From Callorhinchus milii (lineage: Eukaryota): a stretch of DNA of 64,000 nucleotides. A program made the translations under genes and the position numbers. Numbering within the stretch: position 1 is the first letter of the stretch; each line of letters starts with the position of its first letter. The stretch lies in contig NW_024704745.1 in assembly GCF_018977255.1 (NCBI RefSeq), forward strand, positions 48,608,001 through 48,672,000. Reading direction: 5' to 3'. Positions 26,801-41,800 of this stretch are shown here, one piece after another. The notes beneath the pieces are model-generated. The model saw nothing but the letters and a program-made list of their open reading frames with translations, made no database searches and had not been told where the DNA came from.

Positions 26801-29800
26801 ATACCCCTTGCATTTCTTATTAAGGAATCCAGTTTAAAATCACTGCATGTGAGTTTCTAGTGGCTCAAACCATTCTCTTTATTTTTAAAGAGAAAAGTGG
26901 GAAAGGAGCAGATAAGGTAAAATAGCTTAAACCTATACATATTGTGTACTCACTGTCCAGGAGAGCCACTTCGGGTTTTATCGAAGCAGTCTTCATCAGT
27001 GGTCCCATAACAACAGGAAGATACTGCTGGAACTCTTTCCCTAGGATTTTACACATTCTTGCCCATGCGGAGATCATGTAAGAGATCTGCAAGAAATTAG
27101 AAAGTAATTTGCAGATATAGTGAAAAATCAAGAAAATACAGGGCAGCCAAATTGGATCCAATATCAGATTGCCACATTAAAAGGCAGGGGTTTGGGTAGT
27201 CAAATCACCACATACACCATTCCAATCCAGGCGACTCCGCTGAACGTCACTTTCATTACAAAGTGACATTAGCGGGACTTTCTGCATTTAATGTGCAGGA
27301 ACAGTATGTGACGTTAGCAGTGCTTCCTGTGCACGTGAAACTCTGTTGGCGATAACCTGACAACCTGGAAATCAGCCATTTCAGTGTGAGAAGTCAGCTG
27401 CTCCATGCAAGAATCTTTCACTTCAGATATCGTAAACTACTTTGAGATGTTCTTCTACATCGGTAGTGGCCAATCTGCACCCCATGGGGGCTGCCAAGAA
27501 GCCCGCCCACCCCAACCCCCCATAAAACATTTGCACATGTCTAGGTAAGTCCGTGTTCGATCAGTAGTGTGTTTTCATTTGTTTTTTGATCAAATATTTC
27601 CTGATTTGTGGCTAAATTCAAGAAATATTCAATGAAGAAAATTTATTTTGTTGGCTGACCATGAAGGTTGGCTTGTCAATGGATGATACCAGTTGAGATA
27701 CTTAAAACATTTTTTAAAAAAAGGCAACAACACATAAATGCAGTTTAAAAAAATAAAGTACCTCAAGAGTCTCATTCTTCACATACCTGAGGGTCATCAT
27801 CATCCAATTCACTGGAATCAGTTTGAGTTTTCAGAAGCAGCTGCATCACATCCGAGGCATCTTGCATAAACTATAAAAACAACTGTAGTTAGTGATTTAC
27901 ATCCGACTGCTAAACCACAGATTCTAAAATTTACCAAGCTGGATTACCTTATCTTTACCGACAGCAAGGCCTATCAGGCTAATGCACTCAATTGTTTTTC
28001 CTCTCAGTAGTCGGAGCTCCTTCTGTATTGCATTTTCTACGATGTGCTTCAGCGATGGCATAAATAAATCATAATATGGAACAAACTTCTCCTCTGCTGT
28101 GTCAGCCACTGAAGCAATGGATGTAACAACCTGCTCCAATACCAACTTAGTTCCCTTCTGTATCAGCTAAAAGACAAGATATATTAATATACACACAACT
28201 TCCTTTAAATATTTAGAAAAATGTAGCAGCTGAAGCACTGAATCTTGCATTTTTGTAAATGGTCTCCTCTTCTGGGGTTGTACTCTTGCATAAGTGGTCA
28301 ACCTTCAATTGCGAACCAAAGGGCAGTAAGTAACTAAACCATGGATAATATCCCAGCAGATCCTTTAACCAGCTACCACCAAGCATTTACACCCATGTAC
28401 TTTCTAATAGGGTCTTCAGAGATATTGGACTACTTATGATTCAAGAGTTGTTTGATAAATACTGTAATTTGTATTTGTATTCTGCACTACCAATTCAAAT
28501 CATATAAATTTACAGCATGAAGGCTATTTGGCTCACTGCGTCTGTGCTGAATATTTGAAAGATCTGCAGTTTTCTTATCTACAACAGGCATGGTCGAAGA
28601 TGAAGGTCTTGAGGTGTGCTCTAAAAATGTGGAAGGAGGGGGCAAGGCGAAAAATTTGAGGGAGAAAATTCCAGAGTTCTGGTGCGCAGTGGCCGAAAGC
28701 ACGGCTGTCGATCTTGGAACGGAGGATACAAGGGACATGCAGGAGGCTGGAGTCAGCCGACTGGAGGCGACGTGAGGAATAAGCAGGTCAGAGGTACGGG
28801 AGTGCCAGGGCGTGATGGGATTTGAAGATGAAAGCAAGTTACCTCTTGCAATTTAGCAACCATGATGACATGTAGATGGTTTACTAGATTGTCTAAGTAG
28901 GGGAGTAGCAGCGTTTTAGGACAGTCTTCAGTAAAATTGATTAGAGCAGCAGCAGCATGAGCTTGAACACGTGGATTAGCTTGATCTTCCATAGTTTGCA
29001 AAAGAGCCGAAATCACCTTTAAAAAATAAAAAGCATTAACTATAGTGAAGACATAAGGGAATTTAATTTTCTAGATTCAAAAAAGGCCATATGTTCAACT
29101 GGATCTACTAATGGCTTTGAAAAAGATGTCAGAAATGTTAGGCAGCAATTTTCTGTGGCATTTTCATTCTCAAAATAGTAATAATGATAATCCTTGCATT
29201 TATATTGTGCCTTATCACGTCGATGAGACGTCTGAAAACGCTTCAAGGGATATACTCTAAAGTGGACTGACTGTATATTTAGTGCACGAAACAATGATGC
29301 ATATTGACAGGTGGAATGGAAATTGAAAGATCACTGCTCACTTCTGACTAGACATATAATTCACAAGAAAATTAGATATTCTGATATTTGAATTAGTGGT
29401 ATTTACCTTGTCATGAAATTTTCTTTGAAACGTTGGTGCAAAATCTGTAGCCATCTGGCCAATTGCATTACAAGCTGCGTACCTAACCTTGGATGCTAAA
29501 ATTAAAGACAAAGAGAATGAATTAAAGCACAAGACATTTCAAATCCAATAGAAGCAGTAATACTCCTGTGATGAATCATAAAACTTTACAGCTTATTGCA
29601 ATATGTACATTTAGCTTTATAAATCAGTTTCTGGGCACACCATTAGTCACTGTGGAAGTAAGAAATGTAGAAGTGGCCATCTATAGCCCCTTGCTACAAT
29701 CATTTGTGAATAAGAAATAATGAAGATCACAGCAATGTCTAATACACACACTTTCCAACATTTGATCCACAGATCACTGGACAGCAATGTGAAGCATTAA

Positions 29801-32800
29801 CCCTCACTAATTTTCCCCTGGCTCATTTTCCCATCTCTAGCCCAAATGCAGCATCTCACCATTCTGCTGATCAAGCATTACTAAATTAGCAATAAATTAT
29901 GATGTTAAAATTCTGGGAAAGATAGCCCAATGACACACTAAAACATAGAAGGAAATTCCAAGAGTTAATTCCTTGCTGCAAAAAAAAATCTCAATAAGCA
30001 TTGCCACTATTTTAAAAAAATTGTGCTTAATACCGAATCTGTGAGCCCATTAATCCCCAACCTGATTTTCAATGCCAGAGTCAGACATGGGACACTTACC
30101 TTTACAATCATAGAACTTTGAAAAAATAAAAAGCAAAGCTCTCTAAATTTTACCTGAGCTTATCTGAAAGCTCACATAAGTTAGAATCAAGAAGACCATA
30201 AACTAGACGACCCGAAGCACCTAATTACTTTTTAAAGTTGCTTTTGAAATATGGGATGGAAATTCTATTGATTTCTCTCCTCCTATAAGTCTCAGAGGTT
30301 CACCATTTAAAAAATTACTATGCGACATAGATACTGGGTCCCAATCCCTGACTGTCCAGCGCCTTGGGGCATCCTCCCGACATGAAAGGCACTATATAAA
30401 TGTAATTTTGTAATGTATACACTTTGCACTTACACTGAAGTAACAGATTTAACATTTCACTGAACTTACAGGATCTTGAAGAAACATCAAGACAAAGTTC
30501 ACTATTTCATTGAGGATTCCTTCCATCTGCTGATGACAACCTTCCCCAATAGCAGATAAGGCCATCAGGCCTGCATGTCTATACTTCCATTCAGCTGAAA
30601 GAGATCAGTTGAAAACATTATTAACCTTTAAGCAGTACAGGTGAGCGCCTTTTGTATTGATGCATTTTTACACATCAACTTTCCATTGACTATAAAAAAA
30701 AGTTTTAAGGCAATGGAACACTAAACGTCTTAAAAATGTACCTTCGCTCCAAAACAGACAGCATGAATAATAATAACAACTATCCTTGCATTTTACAGCA
30801 CCTCATCACATTGTCAAGATGTATCAAAAGCACCTCACAGGGTACACTGTAAAATGCTGGAACTGTGCATTTTGTGGGCAAATGAGCAAGATGATTAAAG
30901 GATGTTTTAATAAGGTTGCAGAAGAAAATGGAAATGTTAAATGGTAAAGATGAATACAAGAAGAGCAGAATATGGGTGTTCAATTTATGGGTACATTTTT
31001 TACTCTAATTTGATTCAGTACATCATCTATAAATTTGAAAACTGGTCAGCCTAAGAAGACTAATCTTCTTGGATGCAATTGTAATCTAAAGGTTAAAAAC
31101 AAAATGCTACATTCAAGCAAATGTTTTGAGATTTCACAATGCATTTGTCACATAACATTTTACATTACAACTAATTACTTGCAACAAAACATTGACTTGG
31201 ATGATTTATATGCACGCTCCACACTAACTGTATAGAGTGTATAAGTTTGGGACACAACATGTCAAGTGATTTGCAATGGTGGAAGGCAAACTAAATGGAT
31301 ATTGGTTTTCTTTTGTCTAGCAAATTCTTATGTTATGTATACATTACGGTTAGAAGCTCCAGTAACAGAACTATCCGAGGAGTTAAATTCACTGATCAGA
31401 GCATCTCTAATCCAGTAATATTGTGATTTTTTAATATGATAAATCACAATTTTTTGCATTTGATACATTAATCATTGAAACCAACCACTGCTAGACCAAC
31501 ACCCCAGGGATTTTGCACATTAATTCCTTTCCTAACCCTCCACACCCCCAACCAGCTCTTCTTCAAAGCCCTGCCATTAATTTGCTTACACTTTACCACT
31601 TTGATGAACATGGTTGCCATTAACCTCAAGAATTATGTGAAACAATTTAAAGTTTAAATCATATTCCTCATACTCACGATTTTGCAACATTTGCATGATA
31701 TGTTCTTTTATCAGTGGAAGCACTACTTTGCCACCGAGGCCACAGGCTATTCTGTCCAGTGCACTCTCACCAGCAACAGCATTGCTATATTTGAAACAAA
31801 ATCGGTTAATTGTCAAAAAAATGCAATTATAAAGATTATTTTTAAATGTTTGGGCAGAAAAAGATTTCCAAACAGACAGCAAAAGAAGCGGTTACTTAAT
31901 TTACCTTACTTTGAAAAAGCACTAAAATCAAATGTGAAATGTCACATTTGATTCAAGAAAAAAAAGTTAAAGAATGTTATAATAATCAATCCCACCCATT
32001 AAGTATGTGTTCGTGCGTTCCACCCTGTCTACTGCTCACTCGGTTAATTTTCTTTTAAAGTATATCCCATCTTAAGGATATACTGAATTTAGAGAACATC
32101 TAGCAAAAAATTCACCTGGACAATAGCTGGGATAACAGGCCTTACTTAGTTCTGATTTTTGGCTAGATAAATTTTAATTATATTCCCTAGATCTGAGGAG
32201 GTTAATGCATGTTTTAGTCAAGTTATTTATAATACTAAAGGAATTTTCAAGTTATTTTGGAAACAACTCTTCCTGTAGGTGAGAAAATGGAGAACAAAGA
32301 GCTATAAATCTTAAAACTTAAAGCTAAAATTAGCTTTTTAAGCTCAGTTAAAATTGATCTAGATTTTTTAAAAAAAACACAGGGTCGGGAGAATGTAAAA
32401 TGAATTTCCACAGAAAGCTATAAATTCAGAATCAATTAAGGTATTAAAGGAAGATAAATGCTTGAAATGAGGGAATTAGGGATTTGGGACTTTAGTCTCT
32501 AAAGCTCAATATATTTTCATCTTGTTTATGGATTCTGAAACAAACTGTGTTCTCCTACCCACCAGTGATAAAGCTATTCAACATCACGATAGCTTGATTA
32601 CCATAGTACTAAATGTATTAGAAATATTAAACTTTCAAATAAAACTTTTGCTTTACTTTCTTAATTTTAATATATATTTGATTAACCCAATTATTTATCA
32701 TTAGAAGCAGTCTATACTGAATCCTAATTACCTGTCAAAGTCATCATCTTCCAGTTCATCTGAATTTGACCAGTTCTCATCATCCTCTAAATCCACCATC

Positions 32801-35800
32801 ATAGTCAGCATCTGTGGAACTTAACAAATACATTATTAAAGGAATTCCATATTTCTGCTGACATGCAGTTCAATATTTTAAAAAATTGGAAAATTAAAAT
32901 GAATCAAAAATTCTTTAATCTGTATATCTATTATTATGGAACAAAAACTTTATCTGATATGAAACTTATATTTGTACACAAATATAGTTATATCTGCAAT
33001 TCAAAAATTGTTCACAAATCAATACTGAAGACAACTTTCAGGCAATTATCATGATGCCGACATCAGAATTGATGCACATTCATTTTATGTGATGCATAAT
33101 TTAGTGGTCATTCGTACAATAACTAAAAGATTATTCTCGTTCAGATTGCACTATGATTTATACACAATTTCCTGCAAATTACGTAAAAGGACTAAAATTA
33201 AGCCACTGGCTTAAACACACAACTAGACTGCTTCTAAGACAGCTTAAATAATCAATTTTAATTAGTACATTGAAATCCACTGACCCAACAGCGTACTATA
33301 TTCATAAGCACAAGTAGTATTTTATAGCAAGAATTCCATTATAAATTCAATTTTAGCAAGCTTATCGGAATTCAGTATTGGGGAATTGACTTCACTAGAC
33401 ACAGCTTAAGTGTTTTTTCAAAATCTTGGATAAAAATTTAAAGGATAGAATTTTTTAAAATAAAGAAAAATAAGTTCATAGTATCTGGACAACTGCAGCT
33501 ACATTAAAAAAATTTGAAGTGAAAAATATTCAAATACTCCATTCCTTCACCAAGTACTCTACTGTGCTACAAGATTGCAACTTTTAAAACCCCCTCTACA
33601 GCGTCTGTGTAATTCTGCCAACTTCAGGTCACACTGTAACAAATAGGAGCTATAGAAAATCAGCTCCCATTGCACTGGTCATTGTTTAATTACAGAGCTA
33701 CCAGAGAAAGAGTAAAACAACAATGCCAGAGAAAACAAGCTCGGGTGCGGATCCAGCGCTTCAGAACATCCTCTTGACTTGAAAGGCACTATACAAATAC
33801 AAATCCTTCCCTCCCCTCACCCTGACCATTTCCCCCCTGCTCGGGTCCTGACCCAACTGTACAGGGCCCTGGGGAGTCCTCCCGACGTGAAAGGCGCTCA
33901 ATAAATGGAATCTTGTTGTTGTTGTTGAATGCTTTTTCCAAATTAACTGTCATCAAGAAAGAAAATCTAAAGTTGAAGCAAATGTAATTGTTATGGTTAC
34001 TTACTAGCCTGTGATACAATGTTGCTGTGCTTTCTCAGCATTGCAGAGGCAGTCTCTGACAAAGTTACTATGACTTCAAGTGCCAGCTGACGTTGCATGT
34101 TCTGCAGGTTAACGTCTGCACAGATCTGAGGATCAAACAACAATCATATCAATTGCACATATCCAAACACATTAAGAAATCAAAAAGAAATACAGTGATG
34201 AACTGTCTTGTATGACAGTGAACTGTACTGTCATTATCCAGTCGATTGAGTTCAATGTCTTGGCTGCCGTTAGTTAGGAACAAAAACACATCCGCCTTCT
34301 GGATCCTCAGGTTTCCGTTGATGTTGCTTCCTGCGTGCTAGGCATGCGAGGTGCAGGAAGTGACATCAGATGCAACCTCGTGACTGAGTGACCGAAGACA
34401 CGGTCGAAGAAGAAGGTCTTGAGACAGGTCTTGAAGGAGGCAAGGGAGGGGGCAAGGCGGAGGGACTGCGGGATGGAGTTCCAGAGGGTGGGGGCAGAGT
34501 GGCTGAAGGCCCGACCACCAATGATGGGGCGGATGAGGCAGGGGAAGTGAAGCAGGCCGGAGTCCGCTGAGCAGAAGGGGCAGGCAGGTTGGCAGGAGGT
34601 CGCAGAGGTAGGAGGGTGCAAGACTATGGAGGGCTTTGAAAGTGAGGACCAGGGTCCTGAACTGTATCCCGTGCGTGATGGGAAGCCAGTGGAGTCGGGT
34701 GAGAATGGGGGTGATAGGGTTGCGGAGCCTGGTGCAGGACAGGGCGTAGGCTGCAGAGTTCTAGATAATCTGCAGCCTATGGAGGGAGGAGTTGGGGAGG
34801 TCGACAAGCAGGGAGTTTGCATAGTTGAGTCTGGATGCTATGAATGTATGTATGAGAGTTTCGGTGTGACAGCGGTGGAGCCAGGCGAGGTTGAGGAAGT
34901 GGGGAAAGGCAGAGTGGGTCCTGGCATGGATGTGGTGTATGAAGGACAGTTGAGGGTCGAAAATAACGCCGATGTTCCGTATTGGCTCTATGAGATGTAG
35001 AGTGCATCTGTGGAGGGAGATGCTGTCAGCGCCAGAGGTATGGATGCGCTAACGGGAGCCAAGCAGGAGGGCCTTAGACTTGTTGACATTCATCTGCAAG
35101 AAGTTAGCTCTCATTCCTGGACTTGGATGTCCGACAGGTAGTCTGTGAGGGCAGCAGTGGTCCTGGAATCGAGGGTGGAGGCAGAGAGGTAGAGTTGGGT
35201 CTCATCCGCATACATGTGGAAGTTGACCCCATGTCTGCGAATGATGTCACCAAGAGGAAGATCTACTTCTGACATCTGGCATTGACGAGCTAGTGGCAGA
35301 AGGCCCCCAGTACGCTTACCTTGAGACTCAATGTTAAAGTTGCCTCCAGATGAGGACGTAAATATTTAGGTGCTGTGTCTGCAAGCTCCACCAAAGATTT
35401 CAACACAGAGTCATCATTTTGATAACAAGAGTCATTCGCAGCCTGGATCAGAAAAGGATGAAGAACGTTTTAACCAATGATATGTACTCATGAAGTTAGT
35501 TAAGTCATATACAGAGACACTTCTGATCCTCAGACATCTTGTTTCATCAACTTAGCAGTACCTTGGGATTGGCTCATTATAAAAGGAAATATATTTTCAT
35601 TACACTTTTCATTTGCAAGGACTCTTCTCAAAGACATAGAATCCTCAAGAGTCGATTTATAATGGATGTTTGACAAAAACTGCTTCTAGCATTAATTTAG
35701 CCTATAACAGAGCCAGTCTGGCACTGAACAGGGCCTTTAGACGAACACATATAAAAATAGAACTATTGTTCAGTGCCAAATAACTGCTATCCTCCGACAA

Positions 35801-38800
35801 TAAAGGAATCAATAAATCACATGCAGCAATTTTTGAATAATGAATATTTCTTCCTATGCTGATAATCAGATTCTGTAATCTAATTTGTGGGAAGTAGTTC
35901 AAACAGGATTCCACTCTCAATCAGACCAGTATACAACCTGGTTCATAAATGCAAAGAATTTAAATAAAACTATTTGCAAATATACCATTCAAATATTGCT
36001 AGAAGTGATTCGGGACGCTGATGTTGTAAGTTGTAATTGCTTTGAGATATTAATGAAATTAGCACAGTTTTACAGTTATCTTCAAAAATGTAGGCTGAAC
36101 ATTATGTTACATATTTATATGTAAAAAAAAACTAGGCTCAATCTATTGTAAATCTTTCCTGATTGCATTTTCACTGAACAAGTCATGCACTTTAAAGTTA
36201 CAGCTATTTCAAAGTTAGACCATAGTCTCAAGCTGTTCAGATAGCAAAGGTTCCACCAAAAGTAGAAAGAGTCAATGTCTCAGTTAGCCTTTCAACAGGT
36301 GAGGTTTGAGGATAGCCTGAAACACTATCTTTCCCCTTTAGATACTGATTGTTCAGCTATCAATTTTTGCTTTCCTTTGTTTTGTTGAGCAGAATGTATG
36401 TAAAAATACTGTTCACATTGGCAAAGGTCTTTCGCAGCAATGTCTACTTCAAAAACAAAATGAACAATAAAACTCCACTCCTAGTAAAAATGTCGAAATC
36501 AAAAGAATTCTAGGGGTTGTACACAAATGATGCTAAGCCTACACATCAAATATACTTCCAATTCAGTCAGTCAAACAGCCTTCTATTCAGCTTCATAAAA
36601 TCAAGAACCAATTGCTTAATTTGAGGACTATCAATAAAATACAAATACATGTCTGGAACAGTATAAGCCTGGTTACAGTCATTTAAATGAAAAGTACCTT
36701 ACCTGCAATATTCCAGGCAGCATATCAGAAAAATGCTTTTGGAGGGGAAGATTATTTTCATTTGCCAACACAAATGCTGCTGCAGCCCTCGCAGCCAGAG
36801 TACGAATCTAGCAAAATTATAATTGACAGAATGAAGAGCAAAAATATAGGAATGTTTGAAGCATCATGAAAGCATTTGAATGATAACAGCAGTAATCCTT
36901 ACTGTTGGGTTCTCAGTGTCCTGCATGCATTGAAGCAGCATTCGTTTGATAACTTCAAGATAATGTTGCTGCTGATTTCCAAAAATTCCTGGAAAATTCC
37001 TATTCGAGAAAGGTAACAAGCCCTGGATTAGTAAATGTCACATCAACTGCCCCAACATGACGTTCCCCCTTATCCTCTGCCGATTGTTCTCCTCCAGTTT
37101 CCTGACCTCCAAGTTCTCCCCTTAAGGCATATAGCTCAGTACGCCATCTCCACAGTCTATCAGAGGTGCCGCTCTTCGGATGTAATGCTAAATCGAGCGG
37201 ATTGTCGACCACGACACTGTAAGAAACTGCCTTTTCTTTCCAAACACCACCACAAGATCTTTAACGACCATTTGCACATGGACGCGAGTGTGTTTTGGTG
37301 GCTTATCTGAGGGACAATGCAGCGCTGACAATGCAATACTCTGCGTTGGGAGTAGCTTAGACTTTGTCTAGAAATGCTGTGTTTTGCCCACAAAATACAG
37401 TCAATCCACTTTACAGTATATTCTGTGAAGCACTTTGAGACATCAATTACGTGATAAGATACTATATCAAATGCAAGGATTATTATCCGAATCAAGTAGG
37501 ATACAGTTCCATGGATAACAACCATCCTCTATTACCTCATCCAGATGTTAATTATATAGGTTTGTGCCTGTTCGCTCTCAAAGGGCAGCCACATGCAGTG
37601 TTTAGCCATCAAAGCTTAAAAGTGCTCAGTTGATTTACCATTCATCAACCCCAAGGATGCTAGGTGCAATTACAGTCATCCTCACAGCACTGGCCAAGAT
37701 CAGTTACTCAGCACAGAATAGATTTCTTCCTGGCATGATACTGAGATATAAATTGTCTCGACACAATAATGGAGTACTATCGATAATTTGTATCATACAT
37801 AATTCCAGTTCACAATTTCAAAAATTGCTCACAAGTTCTAATTTGTTAAGTGAAAAGTTTAACCAATAATTGTAGCTTTGGACAAGCTGGAAATTGTGGA
37901 TGGTGGAACTGAGGAGACCAGTGAGGAGTGCATCTGTGAAGTCGAGGCTGGAAGGTGTGAGTGAGAGTTTCGGCAGCATTTGGGGTGATGTTAGTTGGAA
38001 TCAGACAATGTGGTTGAGGAAGCAGTCCAGGCAATGGAACTAAATGTGGGGTAGTAAGGATACGAAGAACGATACTCTCAGTGGCTAGAGCACTCGCCTT
38101 GCAAGCGAGAGACCTGGGTTTGATTCTTGCAGGGCGAAACCTTGGGCAAGTTTCCTTACTCCACACGCCTGATAATTATCCCTCAAGAAAAAAAACAATA
38201 ATAAAATTGGTCACTTCAATCCACGATTGTTTGTGGGACACTACTGTGCACAATTGGCTGCTGAGTTTTGCCCACAAATATACAGTCAATTCGCTTTACA
38301 GATATTCTGTGAAGCGCTTTGAGACATCTAGAAGATGTGAAAAGCGCTATATCAAATGCAAGGATTATTATTATTTATTATAAGAAACTTTTAGCAGTGA
38401 AGAGTGATAGTTTCCTTTCATCATTACAAAAAAAACACTGTTAAACTACAAGTGTAATGAAAATTATCTGTACAGAAATTACTATAGTACAATGTTTTGC
38501 AGTATCCACATGCATGGTACACGATTGATAAACAGGAATCCATACCATGTCAATGTTGATAAAGAATTGGAACATTTCTCAAATCAAGATAAACTGGAAA
38601 CTGCACTTTGGGACACTTTTGTGAAAGGCACTACAAAAATGTAAATTCTATTGTAACTGTTTGTTCAAATTGAGAATGCATCTTCAAAGTCAAATTGTTG
38701 ACAGAATATTAATTAATTTAACCAAGATGCAGAAAAGGATGCCTCTGAATTCACTACAGACCCAAACTATTAGAAGCATTTTTTTTGATGAGAAATGGCA

Positions 38801-41800
38801 TGCAATATGCTCAAGATCCACAATGTATTGTCTCCTGAGCCAATGCTCCTATCCTGAGCTTGCCCTTGGTTCCTACCATAAATTCTCCATATTTTTATGT
38901 TCCCTCATCAATTACTAAATTACTTATCTTTTGAGTCAAGCTGCTCCTGGCATTTAATTGTTTGTACACTGCATGCCAAAAAGCTAAAGACTTACCAGAA
39001 AATATGCAACGCAGCCTCACGTAACCCCACATTCTGGGAGCTGACCGATTCAAAGAGAAATTTCAGGAGTTCTGGCCACTGGTTGTTGCCATCGTCATCT
39101 AAACATAAGCAAGTCACATTTTTACCAAAAGATTTATTATCACAATGTAATCTTAATTGAGTATTCTCAGCAAACCACTCCCCCACTCTGTTTAAATACT
39201 ACAGACTAGCCTGAAATCTTGAGCGCTACTACGAACCAATGTTATAAATTTCAACTGCAGGTTCTGGTGATATTAACCAAGGCAACAAAACTGACAGAAT
39301 GAATACTGTTAGGATCATTCGGACAAAAAGGAAGAGTGGTATCTTGAAATTTCTATAATGAAATATGTAGAATCAGTTCCATGGGACTTTGAGAATAAGC
39401 TTCGTCAAATACACCTACAAATTGAATCAAAATCTCTCCCCTTGCCCTTCCCTAAATCAAATACAACATCCTTTTCAAGATGATTTGAGTTAAAACTCCT
39501 GTAGAGAAGCTTTTTTTAAAAAAAAGACTGATTTGCTGAGTTGCTCTTGCAGTGAATGACTTAACAAATATATATGGGCAGACAGGGAAATTCAAGTAAT
39601 ACATTGCATTGTTAATGATTTTACAGCTCGTATTTTTGTTTTTGATAAAATACACAATAAAATTGTCAATCAAACCTAGGGAAAGGAATAATCTCATTAG
39701 GCAGCATCCTGAATATACTCTGGTTACTCAATATAGAAACGAAGCTCCTCAACAGCTGGTAAATGTATTGCCAAGTATAAAACTGAACCAAATACAACAA
39801 AGTCTCAGATTCAAACCATGGTTTGTTTATCTGAGCAGATTAGCAGTGAGACACAAAATATATCACCATGTTCGCAAAGTAGCAGCTCTGCTGGAAACTT
39901 CCTGTGGACATAAGGTGAAGACAGGATTGAGTTTGGGTGTGATGTTCTCACAATCACATAAGCTGCCAATGCTTGCCATCTACAAGAGTGATTATTTGGG
40001 CAAGGTACCCAGAAATCCTAAGAACATATCCAAACAGGCCAGTAGCTTCAGGAGACGGAGAAAGAGTTAAAATGTTGAACAGAACTAGTTGATCATTCAT
40101 CAAATCTTTCAAACAAACACAGAGCTGTGAAAATCGTCTTTGAGAAACCTGCAATTTGTAATTGATGACATCAAGCGTCTTACCAATTAGATTCCTAGAA
40201 AGCTCTGCTGCAATGTCACAGGTCTTCCTCCTGATGTTTGGTGACCCCTCTGTTTGGATTCCCAGAAGTAATTCTGTCTTGATAGCATTCTGTGCATCAG
40301 TTGGCAGGTTTGGATACACCTCTTCAAACGAAGCAGATAGCATTCGGCGCATTAAAACTGCGGCCATCTGTCTTACCTGCAAATGGGAACAAATATGAGC
40401 AATACGCACAGCTGCCACCTTTGAACTGGTTGTAAAAAAAATTACCCGATGTGCATGCATCAGAGTTTGCAAAGGGAATCTACTACATTTCAATCATAGT
40501 TTCACAGCCACCTCAGAAATACAACTTCGATAAATGGTATAAAGCCATTAAAGCAAAATATCAAGAGTATGTGAACAACTGAACAGAACATGCTATTTTC
40601 AAGTCCCATTTTAAGATTTAATTGTATGCATTAGTCACAAGAGAGATGCTGCAGGTTTACGAAAGTAAACAAATTGAAAGTTGAACATACTATGAAAAGT
40701 AAAATTAATCAGTAGATTATTTTTTAAAAATTAAAACTATTCCATACGTCTCTTCTGTACTTGAAAGAGATGAAACAACCTCACTACAAATTACCATGAG
40801 CATTAAAAGCTCCAAGATGCACGTTTCACTGACAAATAGGTGTTGATTCTAGGTCAATACTGAAGAAACACATGAACAGTTTAATATGTGGTTAAAAGTT
40901 CTTATATCATAAATAAGTCAATCATGCAAACCTTTGGCTTTCTTAATGATGTTGAAAGATTAAACTCAAATTTCTGGAAAATTATAATGCGGGTAATCAG
41001 GCCAAAAATAAAGACCAACTATTTCCATTTTAATCGGGAACCTCATTGGATACAGTTCATGATTTCCATACTTGGGAAGGAAATTCGATACACACATCAA
41101 CAGATTAGTCACAAAGAAAACTACTGTCGCCGAGTGTGTCAGCTGAATTCTGCCTCTAACATTTTTATACATTGAATCATCATGGTCTCCCTAAGTCTCT
41201 TATGACAATGGAATACAACCACCCGTGTTAATTCATGAAAGTAGAATTCTCAACTGGTATTGCTAAGAGAAAGGCCAATACATATTCTCCCAGTTAAAGT
41301 TTTAATTATGCCAAGCTGTGTTCCAGTATTATGTCCCCAATATAGTGAGAACACTGGCAAGTTGAGACTCATTTGCATTATAAGCAAGCTACAACACAGA
41401 TTTATTTTTAAAGCAAGTTGTGTGTAACTGAATAATAAAATAATTCTTGAATTTGATATAGCACCTGCAATGTCAAGAACATCACTTTGACGTTTTTGTG
41501 AAGTATAGTAACTGTATTTTGCACATGTCCTAATTTTAAAATATATGGAACAATATGATCTCCCTAGGGAGATGGTGGAAGCAAATAGTGTCAACTCATC
41601 CAAATGCAAATTAGATACATTTATTTTAGAAAATAATATTTTGGGATACAGTATATGAGTAATTTGAGACATGAGAAATGTTGTAGTGCTTGGAATAACT
41701 AGGCAACTTTAGATCTAAGGATCCCAAAGCTTTCCAATGTGATGGAAGTCGAATCCATACAGAATTAATTGCTATCGACATCTCCATTATTGAAGCATGC

